From an uncultured archaeon (GTDB lineage: Archaea > Thermoproteota > Nitrososphaeria > Nitrososphaerales > Gagatemarchaeaceae), in assembly GCA_963799775.1 (NCBI GenBank), contig CAWCYD010000003.1:1536001-1600000 (forward strand): 64,000 nucleotides of DNA, read 5' to 3'. Below, in pieces: positions 62,482 through 64,000 of the stretch. Numbering within the stretch: the stretch's first letter is position 1; each line of letters opens with the position of its first letter. The position numbers were made by a program, and so were the translations under genes. The notes beneath the pieces are model-generated. The model ran no database searches, was not told the DNA's origin, and saw only the letters and a program-made list of their open reading frames with translations.

Positions 62482-62543
62482 GCCCTAATGATTAAGGGAC
62501 GTGCGGCAGATCTGCGGTCGCCCAGCCCTTTAGTATTAGGGGT
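62482..62543. promoter_or_regulatory. Pair of imperfect palindromes in nirK/hemerythrin divergent promoter
   Basis: CCCTAATGATTAAGGG (~62483) and CCCTTTAGTATTAGGG (~62526), related in inverted orientation. Confidence 0.55.
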
Positions 62544-62579
62544 CAAGGATTTACCCTGCGGAGCCGCTTCCGCATCTCA

Positions 62580-63004
62580 ATGGGGCAGAGGAACCTCGGC
62601 AGGATATCGCCCCTAAAGAGAGACCACAGGGCCGTCGAGCGGTTGCTGCTTGGGCTGACCCTGCTTGTGGAGGACGCTGACTCGCCTCCCGGCGATGTCT
62701 CCGACTCGGTCGATGGAGCCTGGGCAAGATCATCGAGCGACACTTCCTCGACGAGGAGCGCAGCGTCTACGAGCCGCTCAAACAGAGCCTCGGCAGGGGC
62801 AACCCGGTTTACATCATGGCCGAAGATCACCGGGTGATGCGGCAGACCCTGCGGCGGTTGCTCGCAGCCTCGAGCGAGTGGACGAAGGGCCCACGTGGCG
62901 CCGTAGACGTCCGCTCCCAGCTCGGGTCTCTCCAGGCCCAGTTGGCCGCGCACTTTGAGAAGGAGGAGGCGGTGCTCTTCTGGCTCGCGGAACTGAAGCT
63001 CTGA
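62580..63004 (+). CDS. Hemerythrin (HHE) domain protein, multiple frameshifts
   Basis: LKRDHRAVE; shifted HFLDEE; MAEDH...HFEKEE..LF. Confidence 0.7.
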
Positions 63005-63057
63005 GTGCAGGTGCTGCCGGCCCAACCTTAAATTACGATAATCGAGGCGATTCCCTC

Positions 63058-63705
63058 ATGCTAGAGGCGGTGTTGCTGTGTCCGCAGCCCCACAGCTGGA
63101 TTGAGATCGCCGCGAATAGGTTCTCGGGGAGCGTGGAGATCCTCGACTCGAAGATGCTCCCGAAGGACGCCGTGCAGCACCTCTTCGACATCCAAGTCAA
63201 GCCTGAGCTGACGAAGCACCTCCTCTCCGCCCTTGAACAAGACAAGGACCTCATCGACATTGAGACCCTCAAGTCGAAGAGCGGGCACGTCTACGGATCC
63301 GCGACGTCTCTCAGATGCACGGTCTGCAAGGACGTGGTCAAGTCGAAGTGCTTCCTCGCCTCGGTCGACGTAACATCGGACGGGGCGAAGTGGACTGTAA
63401 TCGGGAACAACGAATCCTTCAGGGAGCTCCTCGGATCGCTCGAGAAGCACAAGATCCCCTTCGAGGTGAAGATGAAGAGGAATCTGGAGGACACGGAGTT
63501 GCTCACCGGGAGGCAAGAGCAACTTCTCGCGATCGCGTTCGAGAGGGGATACTTCGACTTTCCCAAGAAGGTGGGGCTCGAGGAACTCGCAGCCCTCGCC
63601 GACGTGAAGACATCGACGCTCGCGGAGATCCTCCGCAGAGGACAGAAGAAGATCCTGGGAGAGTACCTAGCGAGACGTTCTCTTCTGCACAAGAGTAGAG
63701 AATAG
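63058..63705 (+). CDS. Bat/DmsR/NarO-type HTH_10 transcriptional regulator with Cys-containing N-terminal domain
   Basis: LTGRQEQLL.IAFERGYFDFPKKVGLEELA...LAEILRRGQKK; CPQPH, CTVC, KC. Confidence 0.9.
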   Translation: MLEAVLLCPQPHSWIEIAANRFSGSVEILDSKMLPKDAVQHLFDIQVKPELTKHLLSALEQDKDLIDIETLKSKSGHVYGSATSLRCTVCKDVVKSKCFLASVDVTSDGAKWTVIGNNESFRELLGSLEKHKIPFEVKMKRNLEDTELLTGRQEQLLAIAFERGYFDFPKKVGLEELAALADVKTSTLAEILRRGQKKILGEYLARRSLLHKSRE

Positions 63706-63760
63706 CTGCTTCGCAGCGGCCTAGTTTGCTCTCGGCATCATCTCTGCGTCGCGCAGCGCC

Positions 63761-63958
63761 CTATGATTCGAAGACGTCCATCTTCACCCATTCCTTGCTG
63801 GACGCGCTGTTTGGAGATTGTTGGAAGATAGAGACGTCTTGATAGTCTTCCAGACCTTCCAAGAAGTCTCTTAGATTCATGGCCTGGAGCATCGAATCCT
63901 GCTCGAACTTGTTGACCAGGTCTCCGTTCTTGGCGACGACGAGGAATGAGGGCTTCAC
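63761..63958 (-). CDS. Small hypothetical protein
   Basis: 65 aa ORF preceded by a strong TATATATA box at ~63980. Confidence 0.5.
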   Translation of the reverse strand: MKPSFLVVAKNGDLVNKFEQDSMLQAMNLRDFLEGLEDYQDVSIFQQSPNSASSKEWVKMDVFES

Positions 63959-64000
63959 GATTCTGGATGGATATTCCTAATATATATAATCCGGTGACGG

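Noticed and set aside
1-63004. About twenty frameshifted genes (hisG, ttuA-like, pelA, dnaG, pheS, nrdJ, atpI, hflX, nirK and others) as programmed frameshifting or genome decay
   Set aside because: They hit essential genes at scattered positions with no shared slippery motif, and both sides remain conserved; best explained as single-base consensus errors (check by read polishing)

Overview
High-GC archaeal chromosome segment, most consistent with a non-ammonia-oxidising, probably acidophilic Nitrososphaerota (Thaumarchaeota) lineage. This is inferred from DUF1512, a stand-alone 5S rRNA, multi-intron tRNAs and a Thermoplasmata-type K-E-C-F-A-B-D-x-H-I ATPase operon. Core genes include hisG, ttuA-like, pelota, dnaG, pheST, trpS, coaD, map, nrdJ, the ATP synthase operon, nac, mbf1, hflX, trm56, tfe and tiaS. 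RNA features are four tRNAs carrying eight BHB introns in total, 5S rRNA, a fluoride riboswitch and candidate box C/D RNAs. Mobile elements are an ISH3-type IS and a TnpB-only IS. A lower-GC island at about 10-16.3 kb encodes secreted proteins. About twenty genes, many essential, have single-base frameshifts, most likely long-read consensus errors. The strongest leads are: (1) a Tat-signal ubiquitin-like (SAMP/MoaD, C-terminal GG) protein immediately downstream of a NirK-cupredoxin gene in a hemerythrin/HTH-10 module; (2) an HTH + ATP-cone + catalytically dead class III RNR protein upstream of nrdJ, a candidate archaeal dNTP-sensing regulator; (3) a surface-anchored polymorphic-toxin-like protein; (4) a TnpB element inserted at the coaD TATA-like box; (5) a MutS-ATPase-only gene pair beside tRNA-iMet; (6) a signal-less HiPIP-like protein.
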